From positions 96,906,001-96,970,000 of the forward strand of contig NC_043001.1 in NCBI RefSeq assembly GCF_006345805.1: a DNA stretch of 64,000 nucleotides, written 5' to 3'. The notes below the pieces were generated by a model. The model was not told the DNA's origin, ran no database searches, and saw only the letters and a list, made by a program, of their open reading frames with translations. Below are positions 1 to 13,149 of the stretch, in pieces. Within the stretch, counting starts at the first letter, position 1, and every line of letters begins with the position of its first letter. Position numbers and translations under genes: made by a program. The DNA is from Octopus sinensis (lineage: Eukaryota).

Positions 1-675
1 ATGATGATGATGATAGGTACAAGGTTTAAAATTTGAGGGTAATTGCTCAGGATATTACAGCAACTGGAGTCCTCGACTTGAGCTGGATTATGATCGAAAT
101 CCAAAAGTAATGCTCTAGAGAGATTCTGCAGGATTGTTTGAGCTGAATTCTAAAGTTACTGATGGAAAGCCAGATGTTAGATACACTTTGGGTGGTCAAT
201 CATCTTCACAATAAGAACTGAGAATGGTATTCGATGTAAGAAAATCTGTTGTATTTGCCATCATGACAAAATTGTCGATTCTAAGTTTCTAAAAGAAGTT
301 TAGATTTTACTCAAATTGTACGCGGTTTCTCATAGTCGAAAATAGAACAGAAAGCTTAGAAAAGCAAAAAAAAAAAAAAAAAAGAGAAAGAAAAAAGAAC
401 GAAAATATCAAATCTATAATCATTGAACTCAAGAACACGATGAAGAGAATTTGAAACATAAATATACCAAGAAATGAGAACTATACGACATGAATTATCT
501 TTGAAAATAACTGCTTGAATTGTTCCAATTTGAAAAGAGCTACTTGTAAAATAGACTAAATCAATAATTTATCAAAATGTCGATTTGACTGCTAAACCTG
601 TTGAAGAATTCTGTTTTCAAAGTTGGTTTCATAAATTATAAAGCAGACATATTGTCTGTATGAACCTGCTACAAA

Positions 676-805
676 TTATGCCTCAGCATCATCTGCTTCA
701 ACTACTTTTATACATTCTGATAGTCTGTCTGTAACAGCAGCAGACAATGGCTCACCAGTTTTAAAAGCCAGTTTTATATTCATGTCATATTTGTGGATGG
801 AGTAA
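676..805 (-). CDS. Candidate terminal coding exon of an unidentified host gene
   Basis: Acceptor CACATTCTCACTCGTCAG, then open frame YSIHKYDMNIKLAFKTGEPLSAAVTDRLSECIKVVEADDAEA*. No family recognised. Confidence 0.25.
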
Positions 806-979
806 CTGACGAGTGAGAATGTGGTCATGTTATAGCAGAAGATATGCATAAATGTGTGTGACAATGTATCTGTGTATGTTATATATGCATTCATTTACGC
901 TTTTATCTTGAGGCTGTAACCAGAAAGGATTTGTGTCCGTATATTATTGTATATGTATATATGTGTGTGTATGTATGTG

Positions 980-1034
<55 letters not shown>

Positions 1035-1113
1035 TATAAATTAGAGATAAAACCACTGTTATGCAACTCAGACAGTGATTGACGTAAACCAAAACATAAA
1101 TAACAATAATATA

Positions 1114-1204
<91 letters not shown>

Positions 1205-1205
<1 letters not shown>

Positions 1206-1472
1206 GAGGCGCAATGGCCTAGTGGACTCGCGGTCGTAGGATCGCGGTTTCGATTCCCAGGCCGGGCGTTGTGAGTATTTATTGAGCGGAAACACCTAAA
1301 AGCTCCACGACGCTCCGGCAGGTGGTGGTGATCTCTGCTGTACTCTTTCACCACTCTTTCTTCTTTTGGCAGGGCTCGCTTAGCAGGGTGGCGTCATTCA
1401 AAGGCTAAAACAATGTGACCAGCGATGTGTAACAACATGTGATGGTCTGGTCGGTCAAGTGATCATGTGTGA
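1205..1472 (+). mobile_element. tRNA-derived SINE (family C), internally deleted copy
   Basis: Head GGAGGCGCAATGGCCTAGTGG...GGTTTCGATTCCCAGGCC has A-box/B-box-like motifs but no tRNA cloverleaf. Sits between (TA)n tracts. Confidence 0.7.
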
Positions 1473-1482
1473 TATATATATG

Positions 1483-1888
1483 CTCTTTTCACTTGTTTCA
1501 ATCATTTGACTGTGGCCATGCTGGACCTTTAGTCGAGCAAAACGACCTCAGGACTTATTCTTTGTAAGCCTAATACTTTATAAGCCTAGTACGGTCTCTT
1601 TTTCTGAACCGCTAAGTTACGGGGACGAATACACACCAGCATCGGTTGTGAAGCGATGTTGGGGGTGGGTGGGACAAACACATACACACAAACATATACA
1701 AACACATACATATATATATACATATATACCACAGACTTCTTTCAGTCCTCTCTACCAAATCCACTCACAAGGCTTTGGTCGACCCGAGGCTATAGTAGAA
1801 ACACTTGCCCAAGATTCCACGCAGTGGGACTGAACCCGGACCCATGTGGTTAGTAAGCAAGCTACCTACCACACAGCTACTCCTGTGC
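1483..1888 (-). mobile_element. SINE family A (tRNA head, CORE-like ACCTTGGGCAAGT segment, central microsatellite)
   Basis: Reverse complement of the GGAGTGGCTGTGTGGTAAG...GGTTCAGTCCCACTGCGTGG...GACTGAAACAAGTAAAAGAG repeat, which recurs more than 10 times in this window. Confidence 0.9.
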
Positions 1889-1890
1889 GG

Positions 1891-2025
1891 ATGTGTGATA
1901 AGAGGTTTAATTCCCAACCTCATGCTTCCGGGTTCAGTCCAGTTCTTTGCCACCTAGGGCAAGTAGTTCCGACTGTAGCCTCACGCCGACCAAAACATTG
2001 GGAGTGAATTTGGTAGATAAAAACC
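1891..2025 (+). mobile_element. Diverged 5' half of SINE family A
   Basis: CCGGGTTCAGTCC...CCTAGGGCAAGT...GCCGACCAAA...GAGTGAATTTGGTAGA matches the family A 5' half. Confidence 0.6.
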
Positions 2026-2709
2026 TATATGGAGGGAGGGAGAGATATAGATAGAGAGGGAGAATAATAGAAAGAGAGGGTAATAGAAGGAGAGATGTTT
2101 TGTGACGCAAAAAAATAATAAAACTCAGAATATGTGTATATAAATATATTTTATTAATATGTAGCAAAATCGACAGACACCAGACGCAGAGAGACAACTA
2201 TCATTTATACGTCGAGGTGAGAAGACAAGAATAGGAGAATCGTATCATTTATGAACGATATTGGAAAGTAATAAACACCATATATCATTACTGTCTAACA
2301 TTGAGTTATGCATATTACGGTTTACTACAGTAATGAGATCCAAATCTATCTGGCAATTCATGTATGCGTGTGTACTAGTTTGTGTGTGTGTGTGTGTGTG
2401 TGTGTATTTGTGGGTGTGTGTGTAATATTTTGTGCGTGTAAGTATATGCGTATGAATGCATTTTCTGTGGTTAGAAGAAACCTCTTAACAAGTAACAAAC
2501 TGACAGATGTACAGGTTACTGGTTGTCGACAAAAACAAAAGTCAGTGTGAATCAGGTTGTGTTTCGTTCGAATATAACATCAGGCCAGTAACCTTGTACA
2601 TCTGTCAATTTGTTACTCGTTTTCAGCTCACACAAATACACACACACACACACACACACATATCCATTTTCGTAATGTTACTTAAACTTAACGTAAAGCC
2701 AGAAGATAA

Positions 2710-3710
2710 GGTTTTCAGTCGATTACTGGTCCACAACTGGCACTTGTTTTATCAACAACAAATATGCGAAGTCGACCTCGGGGAAATTTAAACTCAGGAG
2801 ATACAGGTAGAGGAAATACCGCCAAATATTTGCCGGGCGTGGTAACGATTCTCCTCTACTGCAGGCAAAAGGCCCGAAATTTTTGGTGAGAGGGCCTGTC
2901 GATTAGATCGACCACACTACGAAAATGGCACTTAATATATTGACCACGAAAGGATGAAATGTAATGTCGACCTCGGCAGAATTTGAACTCAGAACGTAAA
3001 GACAGACGAAATACCTATTTCTTTACTACCCACAAGGGGTTAAACAAAGAGAGGACAAACAAGGGCAGACAATCGACTTAATCTGTTTGTCTGTCCTTGT
3101 TTGTCCCCTCTGTGTGTAGCCCCTTGGGTCGATCAAAGCCTTGTGAGTGGATTTGGTAAACGGAAATAAGAAACGTTAGCACGCCGGGCGAAATGCTTTG
3201 CAGTATTTCGTATGTCGCTACGTTCTGAGTTCAAATTCCGCCGAGGTCGACTTTGCTTTTCTTCCTTTCGGGGTAAATCTAATCGACTGGCTCCTCCCCC
3301 AAAATTTCGGGCCTTGTGCATAGAGTATAACAGAATATCATTCGACTGTAGGGCGATGAGCTGGCAGAATTGTTTGCACGCCGGGTGAAATGATTAGCCG
3401 TATTTCGTCTGCCATTACGTTCTGAGTTCAAATTCCGCCCAGGTCGACTTTGCCTTTCATCCTTTCGGGGTCGATTAAATAAGTACCAGTTACGCACTGG
3501 GGTCGATGTAATCTACTTAATCTGTTTGTCTGTCCTTGTTTGTGGGTAGTAAAGAAATAGGTTTTTCGTCTGACGCTACGTTCTAAGTTCAAATTCCGCC
3601 GAGGTCAACTTTACCTTCTAAATTAAGTACTAGTGAAAAACTAGGGTCGATGTAATCGACTAGTCTTCCACGCTGCAAATTTCAGGCCCCGTGCCTATGG
3701 TAGAAATTAT
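2710..3710. mobile_element. Cluster of at least 5 nested/tandem SINE family B copies (tRNA head plus Meta/MESC-like domain) in both orientations
   Basis: Repeated GTTCTGAGTTCAAATTCCGCCGAGGTCGACTTTGCCTTTCATCCTTTCGGGGTCGAT blocks, with a tail-to-tail junction near 3015-3130. Confidence 0.85.
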
Positions 3711-3799
3711 TATTATTTACATATTACATATTATTATAAATGCGGAGAGCTGGCAGTTTGTTACTTGTTTTCAGCTCACACACAAATTTAAGGCCTTGT

Positions 3800-4590
3800 G
3801 CTCTCAGTAGAAATGATTATTAGTTACATTCTACATATTATTATTATCCTTATTCAAAATTTGATAGTTTCAGGGAAATTTAAACATCATCACCTGGTGC
3901 TGTTTCTGGAGTGTGTGCAGCTTTGTATGTTCTTATTTGTTGTTGGTAGTATTCAAGCTCTTCCCGATACTATATTGCATCAATTTCTCCTTTAATGGAG
4001 TGTGGTGCAGCCTTTTGTTGTATTAGTGTTAGCATTATGTGTTGTGTATGTATTGTGTTGGGTATGCGACATGCTGGTGGTAATTTATTTCATTAGCTAT
4101 TTGCTATACAAAGTGTCTTGTGTTTGTTGGTTGTTTTGTTTAGGTTGTGTTATTCTAAATATAGTGTCTTGCATAAAATGTGGGCTGTTCCTAGCTAGGC
4201 TATCTTTTAGATAGTGTGTAGTGTGGAGGTTCCAGGTATAGCATCTTCGCTTTGGTTCATATATTTTTTTCATGCCCAATGCCCTAATTACTACTGATAT
4301 TGTTTTCACCTTCATGTCACACCTTTTGAATACTTGGATTTCGAGGTCATTGTATTTTGGCAATTTCTCCACTTCCTTTTTGGACAGTACTTTGGTCAGC
4401 AGAGACTGCAATATCTACCAGTAATCAGTTGCTTTTTTTCCAATCCTTGATTATTACGTCTCAGCAGTTAGCTTATATTTTCTTGTCAGTTTGAATAGGC
4501 ATGTCCCAAATGATTATGGCTTGGTCGTCGTCTTGTACCTTTGGCACATATGTATACCATTTCTTGTCAGTATCTATGTTGTCTATTATT
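3800..4590 (-). mobile_element. Dong/R4-like RLE non-LTR retrotransposon, decayed 3' end
   Basis: Frames give IIIWDMPIQTDKKI and KEVEKLPKYNDLEIQV...VKTISVVIRALGM, the restriction-like endonuclease signature. Stops are present. Confidence 0.75.
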
Positions 4591-4667
4591 ATTATTAAAG
4601 GTAGCGAGCTGGCTGAAACGTTAGTACATACGATTTAAGGGCATACCGATCGATTGCATAACATTTG

Positions 4668-4790
4668 TAAGCGATGAGATAGAAGAGGTGAGCAGCTACG
4701 TGCATCTTGGTCAAGACATGACTATGAGGCGAGGGATGAAAAATGAGATCTCATGAAGTGTAAGAGCAGGATGGAGTGCATTCAACTCAG
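4668..4790 (+). mobile_element. RTE-type LINE RT-thumb fragment
   Basis: Translates DEIEEVSSYVHLGQDMTM...EIS*SVRAGWSAFNS, resembling the RTE 'YVYLGQ...RIRAGWSAF' region. Confidence 0.65.
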
Positions 4791-5542
4791 AGTGAAGTTT
4801 AAGATTCAACCTTACCAGAAAAGAATTCAGAACGGGGACACGATTTCCTTCAATCTGGTGACAACTATCCTGGATGTCAGAAGCTGAATTCAGTTTCCGT
4901 GAATATATCTCAGCTCTCTTCTGGCAATGAAACCATAGAAAGTTACTTCCCAGGACTGGATCACCCCTCTACTGGTGCGTGGATCTGCTTACCCTTTTCA
5001 GTGAAGGACAGTGCCATCACAGATATTGGTATTGCTGCGGAGGTACCATTTCTTCAAATTCGTGACAATACACTGTTGAAAGTCGATTTCTTTGGTCGAA
5101 TCTGAAGGACGACTATCATCTTATTCCAATGCGTGCATTGACCATGCTAAACCAGTCCCTCTCCATTTATCACAGTGATGCTGGATGCTCAACAATTATG
5201 GCACTGAAAGCTAAGACACGCAGTAGGATTTTGATTGATGCCGACTTAAGGTGATGTCTGGCTAGCAGTGCTCCTTGTTCTGATGTACTTATGGCTGCAA
5301 AACAATATCAACCCTCCAACTGAGTAAATATTAGGTTTTGTACGATGTTCAGTAGTTCCATCGGTTTTTTTCAGTACTTGTAGCATTTTTCAATGTGTCT
5401 TCAATGAATGAGGAGATTCATGAAATTTTGATTTATCTTACCTTGACACTAAGTTCGCAATTACGAAATATACCATAAGGGTCACAGTAAAACCCTGGAG
5501 ATCCTCAGGAGGTAAAACAATGAAAACCTTTAAGAACCACTG
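4790..5542 (+). mobile_element. hAT (Charlie-like) DNA transposon, 3' part, decayed
   Basis: IESYFPGLDHPSTGAWICLPFSV and DDYHLIPMRALTMLNQSLSIYHSDAGCSTIMALKAKTRSRILIDADLR resemble the hAT C-terminal dimerisation domain. Ends in TTAAGAACCACTG, the reverse complement of a Charlie-type CAGTGGTTCT terminus. Confidence 0.7.
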
Positions 5543-6079
5543 CTTCAGAGGGTAGATTACCCTGGTAAAGCTAATGTTTATTTATTGCCATTGTATTCAG
5601 TTATTCACATAATAATCTCGTAGCTTCAAGATTTCGATGATTGGGTTATTATTCTTAGAACGAGATTATAGAAAAATGTAGCAGCGCGACCAGTCCGGCT
5701 TTAACATAAAACATCTACAATACTACGGTCGGAAATGGCCATTTCAAATGTTTAAGTTTAAAATAATGTATATATATCATCGGTAAACAATAGACACAAG
5801 CAGAATCGCTTTCAGCCAGAGACACTATAAGAATTACCTATTTAGCTATTTTACAATCCCCGCTCAACATCAAAAGTAAAATACGTTACGTATAAAACTG
5901 TGTTGCTTACAAACTTTCAATGTTGTCTATAAAGCAAACCAGTTCGTACAATTTTAAACATTAGAGTCAAAAGAGACATAATTCGCAAAATATACCAGGA
6001 ATATATCTGTAAACAGTGTCTATGATGGAAATGTATATTTAAAAATAACGGCAACATAAATTTATAATTTTCACAATGG

Positions 6080-6147
<68 letters not shown>

Positions 6148-6208
6148 GTATATATATATATAAATACAGAGAAGGAGAGAAATGTATGTACACACACAAC
6201 ACACACAC

Positions 6209-6260
<52 letters not shown>

Positions 6261-6891
6261 CACACACACACGTATATATATATATATATCAACATTATTA
6301 TATATACATATATATGAATATATATATACATATATATATAATTATACGGACGTTTATATTTTTATGATAAAAGCACACACACACACACACACAAACACAC
6401 AAACACACACGCAAATACACATAATTTATATATATATATATATATAAAAACAGTAAATATTCGCTATATCTATGCACCATTAAAAACAGTGTGAAGGAAT
6501 CTTTCACTTTTACGAGGACTATATGGCTTCAACGAGATTATGTTCATATGTAAATATATAAACAAAATGATAACAGATACAAACAAATACACCCGCTCTC
6601 AAACGGAAAGTTTAAATGTGTGCGAATATTTACATGCACAAACAAATAACTTATATATGTCTATATATGTATAAGTACACACAACACACACATATGAATA
6701 GATAAATACATAGATTGATAGTTATAAATATGTATGTGCAGATATATATATATATATATATATATATACGTAGACACATATATTACATACATGCATACAT
6801 AGATACATATATACATACATATATACATACATACATATATACATACATACATATATACATACATACATTATACACATATATATATATGTAT

Positions 6892-6937
<46 letters not shown>

Positions 6938-6960
6938 TATATATATATATATGCTTATCA

Positions 6961-6994
<34 letters not shown>

Positions 6995-7032
6995 ACTCTC
7001 TCTCTCTATATATATGTATATATATATATATA

Positions 7033-7063
<31 letters not shown>

Positions 7064-7124
7064 TCTTTACTCAAAAATATTACGTTCTTTAATTCAATTT
7101 GCAGTGATGTCATTGTGAGGTTTG

Positions 7125-7400
7125 GTGCTTTAAAAAAATGTATTTTGAAATATCAGTTTCTTCCTAAGGATTCTTGTTAAGTTCATGATGGCACTTTTCT
7201 GCAAGTCAGCAGTACGCGTCTCGATTCCATTAGCTTTCAGCCTCTCAAGTGTCAAGTTATATGGTCCGCCATGTTCTTTAATTTCCTCAGCAATAATCTT
7301 CACGCTTATGTCCGACAGAGCTTTCATGTCCTCTGTAAGGCTGTAGTATTTCTTAATTTTTCCATCTGCACATTTTCCTGCCTTATACTTTCATCTCTGC
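7125..7400 (-). mobile_element. Dong/R4-like RLE LINE C-terminal fragment
   Basis: KIKKYYSLTEDMKALSDISVKII...LQKSAIMNLTRILRKKL matches the RLE C-terminus pattern (K..KY..L...; QK.A....RILRK). Confidence 0.55.
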
Positions 7401-7507
7401 TTGTCAGTATTTAGATTGTCAGTATGTTACGATGTTGTAGGACCGACGTTTATTTGACATTAACATGAACACATACACTCATAGATATATTCAAACACAG
7501 ACATACA

Positions 7508-7531
7508 GATCTATCTATCTATCTATCTATC

Positions 7532-7589
<58 letters not shown>

Positions 7590-7609
7590 ATATCTATCTA
7601 TCTATATAT

Positions 7610-7674
<65 letters not shown>

Positions 7675-7700
7675 ATGTATTATTATATATATATAGCTTC
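7508..7700. repeat. (TCTA)n + (TA)n compound microsatellite
   Basis: Direct reading. Confidence 0.95.
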
Positions 7701-7820
7701 ATGCAGCACTGTATGTATATATATTCACATTCTATTACGTACCTGAATGTAAAACTTGTTTCTCTCAAAGCGCACTTCGTCACATGTCGTGCCTGGTGAA
7801 CATCTTTTGAAGGGAATTAT

Positions 7821-8236
7821 CTTTCACTCTTTTACTTCTTTCTGTCATTTGACAGTGTCCATGCAGGAGCACCACCTTTAGTCTGGGAAATCGACCCCAG
7901 GACTTATTCTTTGTAAGCTTAGTACTTATTCTATCGGTCTCTTTTGCCGGACCGCTAATTTACGCGTACATAAACACACCAACATCGGTTGTCAAGCGAT
8001 GTTGGGGGGGGGGGACACACAAACTTACACATACACACACACACACACACATATATATATACAACATATATTTAAAAGGCTTCTTTCAGTTTCCGTCAAC
8101 CAAATACACTAACAAAGCTTTGGTTGGCCCGAGGCTATAGTAAAAGACACTTGCCCAAGATGCCCCGCAGTGGGACTGAACTCGGAACCATGTGGCTGGT
8201 AAGCAAGCTACTTACCACACAGCCACTCCTACGCCT
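7821..8236 (-). mobile_element. SINE family A, full length
   Basis: Both halves and the central (CA)/(TA) tract match the other copies. Confidence 0.9.
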
Positions 8237-8439
8237 ATATAAAAAAAAAATTTTCCATCTCAAAAGTAAATATCCGTGTTTCACACTCGAATTTATGGAA
8301 AATAGCTGTATTTACTCTCCCTTTCTCACTGTGGAATGCTTCAAGTTTACAACTTCCGAGTTGAAAATATTTCGGGTTCACCTGCACGTATGCACATGCC
8401 CCAGAAATTTGATATTTTGCCATATATCACAAAGAATTA

Positions 8440-8800
8440 ATATTTCCCTACATGTTGACAGCAAAGGTTGCATGTGACACCAGATACAAGGTTAGACAAG
8501 TTGCGGTATAAGCTCTGATTAACAAGATATTGTAGCGTATCTTTGGCCCAGTATGCTTGTAGTATTGTTAATGTAGGCGCAAATATGGTATCGTTCACGG
8601 ATGCATTTAAAAGTGCTTGACTATGTGAGGCAGGCTGCTTTAGGAGCACTTATCAGAAGAACTCCGAGATTTTCATCTATGTTCAAGGAAGATATTAGGA
8701 GTGTGTGAACGATCAGAGTTATTGTGTAATCACGAAGAGAATACGGAAGTTGAAGATGAATCTGTATATGCATAGGAATGTAAATTTCTACCGGCAATAT
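8440..8800 (-). mobile_element. Penelope-like element relic (GIY-YIG N-terminal region)
   Basis: Frameshifted STFKCIRERYHICAYINNTTSILG and NLSNLVSGVTCNLCCQHVG resemble the PLE Cys-motif/GIY-YIG start (C..C..I; NL.Y.I.C..C...Y.G). Confidence 0.55.
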
Positions 8801-8907
8801 TGTATGTATATCATTATATTTCACCTAGTTTCTGAATCATTATTTTGTTACACGTACGCACACATGTAGGCATGAACGCACGCACGCGTCGAACCGCCCC
8901 AATATAA

Positions 8908-8958
<51 letters not shown>

Positions 8959-9083
8959 TATATATTATCTGTATGATATATGATATGATATGTAGATGTG
9001 TATATCTCAATATATATGCATATATATGGATATATATTTATATTTATATATCTAATCATACATATAAATGTATATATGTGTGC

Positions 9084-9134
<51 letters not shown>

Positions 9135-9715
9135 TGTGTGTGTGTGCGTGCGTTTGTTTGTGTATGTGTGTGAATGTTTATACGATAGATAGAAACCATA
9201 TTTGCATCAACTCTGCGAACACTTTTGTGAGAAATGATAGCAGAATAAAGTACAATGAGCCACAGGTATGGTAAATTATTTCAAAAACGTTCTAAAATGT
9301 AAAATGGCTGTCGGCACTGCCCTTCCTTCTGAGATTTAAACCAGAAGAATCTTATTACCATTCTCCGTTTCCCGAACACTAAAAGGATGCTTAGATTCTA
9401 AAATAGAGAAGCAGATGCCTACAATCCTTTAACAGCATTATATTTATGCATGACAAATATTGTCAAATACCGAATTAGGCGCAGCTGTCATTCATATAAA
9501 TATATATACATACATATATGCACCCATCACCTTCCGCTCTCTCACTCTATCTTCTCTCTTGCTATCTGTCTCTCACTATTACTAATATATATGCATACAA
9601 TTTCACAATGTTATTTTGTTTCATTGTTTTTCTCCAATTTCGTCTTCATTTATAATATTTCTATGTTATGCTTTATTTTTTTTCGGCATCACCTTCGCTG
9701 CAATTTGCCATTGCA

Positions 9716-9785
9716 TGTATGTATGTATGTATGTATGTATGTATGTATGTATGTATGTATGTATGTATGTATGTATGTATGTATG
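9716..9785. repeat. (TATG)n microsatellite
   Basis: Direct reading. Confidence 0.95.
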
Positions 9786-10203
9786 CTTATATATATACAT
9801 ATATATGTATGTATATATATATATATATATGTGTATATATATATATAATACAATTATATATGTGTGTGTACGTATGTATGTTCTCTGTATATAGTGCTAG
9901 GAAGAGAGAAAGCAAACGCATGTCGAAAACCCTAAACTACTTATGTCTAAGAGAATTTTGCATCATGAGAACAATATTTGGTTCACGAAAGAAGGATATT
10001 CTTTGAAAAAAGAAATGAATATTGATAGGTTACATTCATTTTCCCCTCTTATTGCCACACACAAACAGACATGCATATATTTGTATATGGTGTATATGCA
10101 TATTATATATATGTATATATATATATATATTATATATATATATATATATATACATAATGTGTACACCACAACATATATACATAATCATATATATATATAT
10201 ATA

Positions 10204-10242
<39 letters not shown>

Positions 10243-10789
10243 CATAATATTAGTTTAGAGACAACCAACTTCAACTCAATCAACTGTCAATGATTTTATA
10301 CCCGACCGCTCCATAAATGTTAAATATTAAATCTATACTAACTATATCTAGTCTGAATCTTGTATTTTCCGTTTATAAAACTACACATGTTTCATGAAAA
10401 TACGTCGGTATTGATTAGATACGAGGTATCTAGTTTCAATACTTATTCAGGTCGACATACCCCCAATCTTCAGGTCTGGATTCCTCAACATTTTTCACTA
10501 CCCTTACCGCTTATATATCTTCAATATATATATATCTTCAATAAAATATTACTTAACACACACACACATATACACACATATATATATATATACACTTGTA
10601 TATATATATATATATAAACATACATACATCCATACATACATAAAGACACAATCTCACAAAAACACACGTTACAGATGTACTTCACAAGTCATCTCTACAG
10701 GCAATTCACAATAACGACACCGCAAACCATAGTGCCTGAAAACAAATAAAAAGGAGGGAGTAACATATACCTCCTCTCAAATCGGTAAA

Positions 10790-11925
10790 TTGATCCGTTT
10801 TCTCGCTTAAACTTGGCTGTTTAAATGTGCGTTACCTGCGTTCCGATTGGAAGCAAGAATACCACCTTAACGACCTCAGTTCGTCTTGTTTCGATATGTT
10901 AGTAAATACTGAAAACAGAATGAGTAGACTGCAAGCTTTTTTCGCCCCTCCTAAATGGCTACCAGAAGTTCATTTCTCAGCCTGGAGGGGGGGGGGTCTG
11001 TAGTTCTATTCAAGAAAAATCTGTTTAGAGATAAGAACTGTCTTTGTACATCCGCAAGTCAAATCGATCATTTTGGATGTGACGCAATGGTGAAGTGTTT
11101 AGGCTAGTGGCTGTCTCTGCTCCATGTGAATGACAGGCTGGACAGAATGACTACTTCAGAAGCCTAGAGAATTTTCTAGGTACGTCGAACACGTTAGCAT
11201 TTCTAGGTGACTTTAGCACAATCTGCGATATGCACGCGTAGATTATATTGGCTCACGATCGAATAGGAAGGGTGACACTTGTTTCAGCGGTTTGCAAAGT
11301 CATTTTGAGCTGGCAGACCGATTCAGGCTGGACCACGCAGACTTTCCAGCTTGGATATGGACAAATAACGATAGGTCGTCCAGATTTTACTTCAATAGAA
11401 TTATTGTAAGAGACAAGGATAAGAAGATAGTTATTTGTCCACATCACAATATTGTCATCTACACTGAAGACAAATTAGTGACCTGTACATTCGACCTAGT
11501 ATATGTAGACAGGAATCCGGTTACTGGAATCTAAAGAAGTTGATCTTCGACTGTGTTTCCTACAGAGACCGGATTATACAGTTATGAAGGCTTTAACTGG
11601 TTCCAATTTTAATAATAAAAGGTGGTCCGCTCACAAAAGAGTCATGAAATTTGAGTCGATTAGGTTTAGTAAAAGATTACCCAGTGCTAGAAATAGAAGA
11701 GAAAGGCTGTTAGTTAAGACAGTAGAAAAAAGTAATGAGGTCAGGCTCTGCATCCAAAGTATTAGCGGCGAGATTGGCACTCGATCAACATCTCAAAGCT
11801 AAACACATAGGGTACATTGTCAGGGCTAAGTTACGTGCAATGAGAGGAGAAGGAATCAATGCGTCCGGATGGCCTGCTGTAGAGAGCCGACGCGGCAATA
11901 GCTTAACCATACGGTCTTGACTGAC
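10790..11925 (+). mobile_element. Tx1/L1-clade LINE ORF2 N-terminus (APE endonuclease and following region), decayed
   Basis: LGCLNVR, RLVAVSAP, FLGDFS, WIWTNNDRSSRFYFNRIIVR, YTEDKLVTCTFDL, GYWNLK and IVRAKLRAMRGEG occur in the expected order, with stops and frameshifts. Confidence 0.8.
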
Positions 11926-11934
11926 CCCACATAT

Positions 11935-11962
11935 AATATTAATAATAATAATAATATAATAA

Positions 11963-11993
<31 letters not shown>

Positions 11994-12072
11994 TAATCAT
12001 GATAATAATAATAATATAATAATAATAATAATATAATAAAATAATAATAATAATAATAATAATAATATAATG

Positions 12073-12104
<32 letters not shown>
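11935..12104. repeat. (TAA)n array
   Basis: Direct reading. Repeated after the gap at about 13050-13215. Confidence 0.95.
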
Positions 12105-12260
12105 TCCTATCTCTAGGAATGATAAAAAAGTAGGTACTGAAACCTATTTGAAAATAATACCAGGCTTACTATCCTTAAAGGAAGTGCAAAAAATCGTGTT
12201 AACGGGAACGACACGTACTGAGAAGAGCATTATCGCTCTAAACAACGAAATGAAACCATT
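12105..12260 (+). mobile_element. Dong/R4-like LINE extreme 3' coding end (second family)
   Basis: TETYLKIIPGLLSLKEVQKIVLTGTT followed by LRRALSL*. Abuts the (TAA)n array. Confidence 0.6.
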
Positions 12261-12269
12261 GAAAATGTT

Positions 12270-13114
12270 GCCTCATTTTGCAGTCTTCTTGCGCCTACAG
12301 AGTATCTCAACAGGCATGATGGAGCATCATAATATGGATAAGTTACAAAACTCTGGACCTGCCCCATCCATGATAAAAACTGGTGGAAATACAAACCACA
12401 TCCAGTGCTTTAAAATGATCACATCTCACTGGAACTTCACCATTCAAACTGAAAGATAGATGCGAATAGGCCAGACATTACATGGAAAGACTTCAGATAA
12501 AAATCATGCCTCTTCATTGATATGACTGTCCCAATCGACATAAATGTATATGTTAAAACTTACCAGAAACTGAGCAAGTATAGAGATCTTGAAATAGAAA
12601 CTGGTAAAATGTGGAACCTGAAGACTAAAACGATACTTGTTTTCATAGGTGTCCTAGGACTGATAGCAAAAGGGTTTGATTGCTACCTAGCGCAGATGCT
12701 AGGGAATCCTAAATTGGTAGATATTCAAAAGAAAGTGGCCATGAGAACTGCCCCATANNNNNNNNNNNNNNNNNNNNNNNNNNNNNNNNNNNNNNNNNNN
12801 NNNNNNNNNNNNNNNNNNNNNNNNNNNNNNNNNNNNNNNNNNNNNNNNNNNNNNNNNTGAGGTCAGCTCTGCATCCAAGTATTAGCGCGAGATTGGCACT
12901 CGATCAACATCTCAAAGCTAAACACATAGGGTACATTGTCAGGGCTAGTTACGTGCATTAGAGGAGAAGGAATCAATGCGTCGGATGGCCTGCTGTAGAG
13001 AGCCGACGCGGCAATAGCTTAACCATACGGTCTTTGACTGACCCACATAATAATATTAATAATAATAATAATAATAATAATTATACAATATAATATAATA
13101 AATATAATAAGATG

Positions 13115-13149
<35 letters not shown>

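Noticed and set aside
120-205. DSAGLFELNSKVTDGKPDVRYTL, faintly protocadherin-like
   Set aside because: No cadherin calcium-binding motifs, flanked by stops, and not linked in frame to 725-763.
1205-1270. tRNA-like A/B boxes here and in other SINE heads
   Set aside because: There is no complete cloverleaf and each continues into SINE body sequence. No genuine tRNA or rRNA gene was found.
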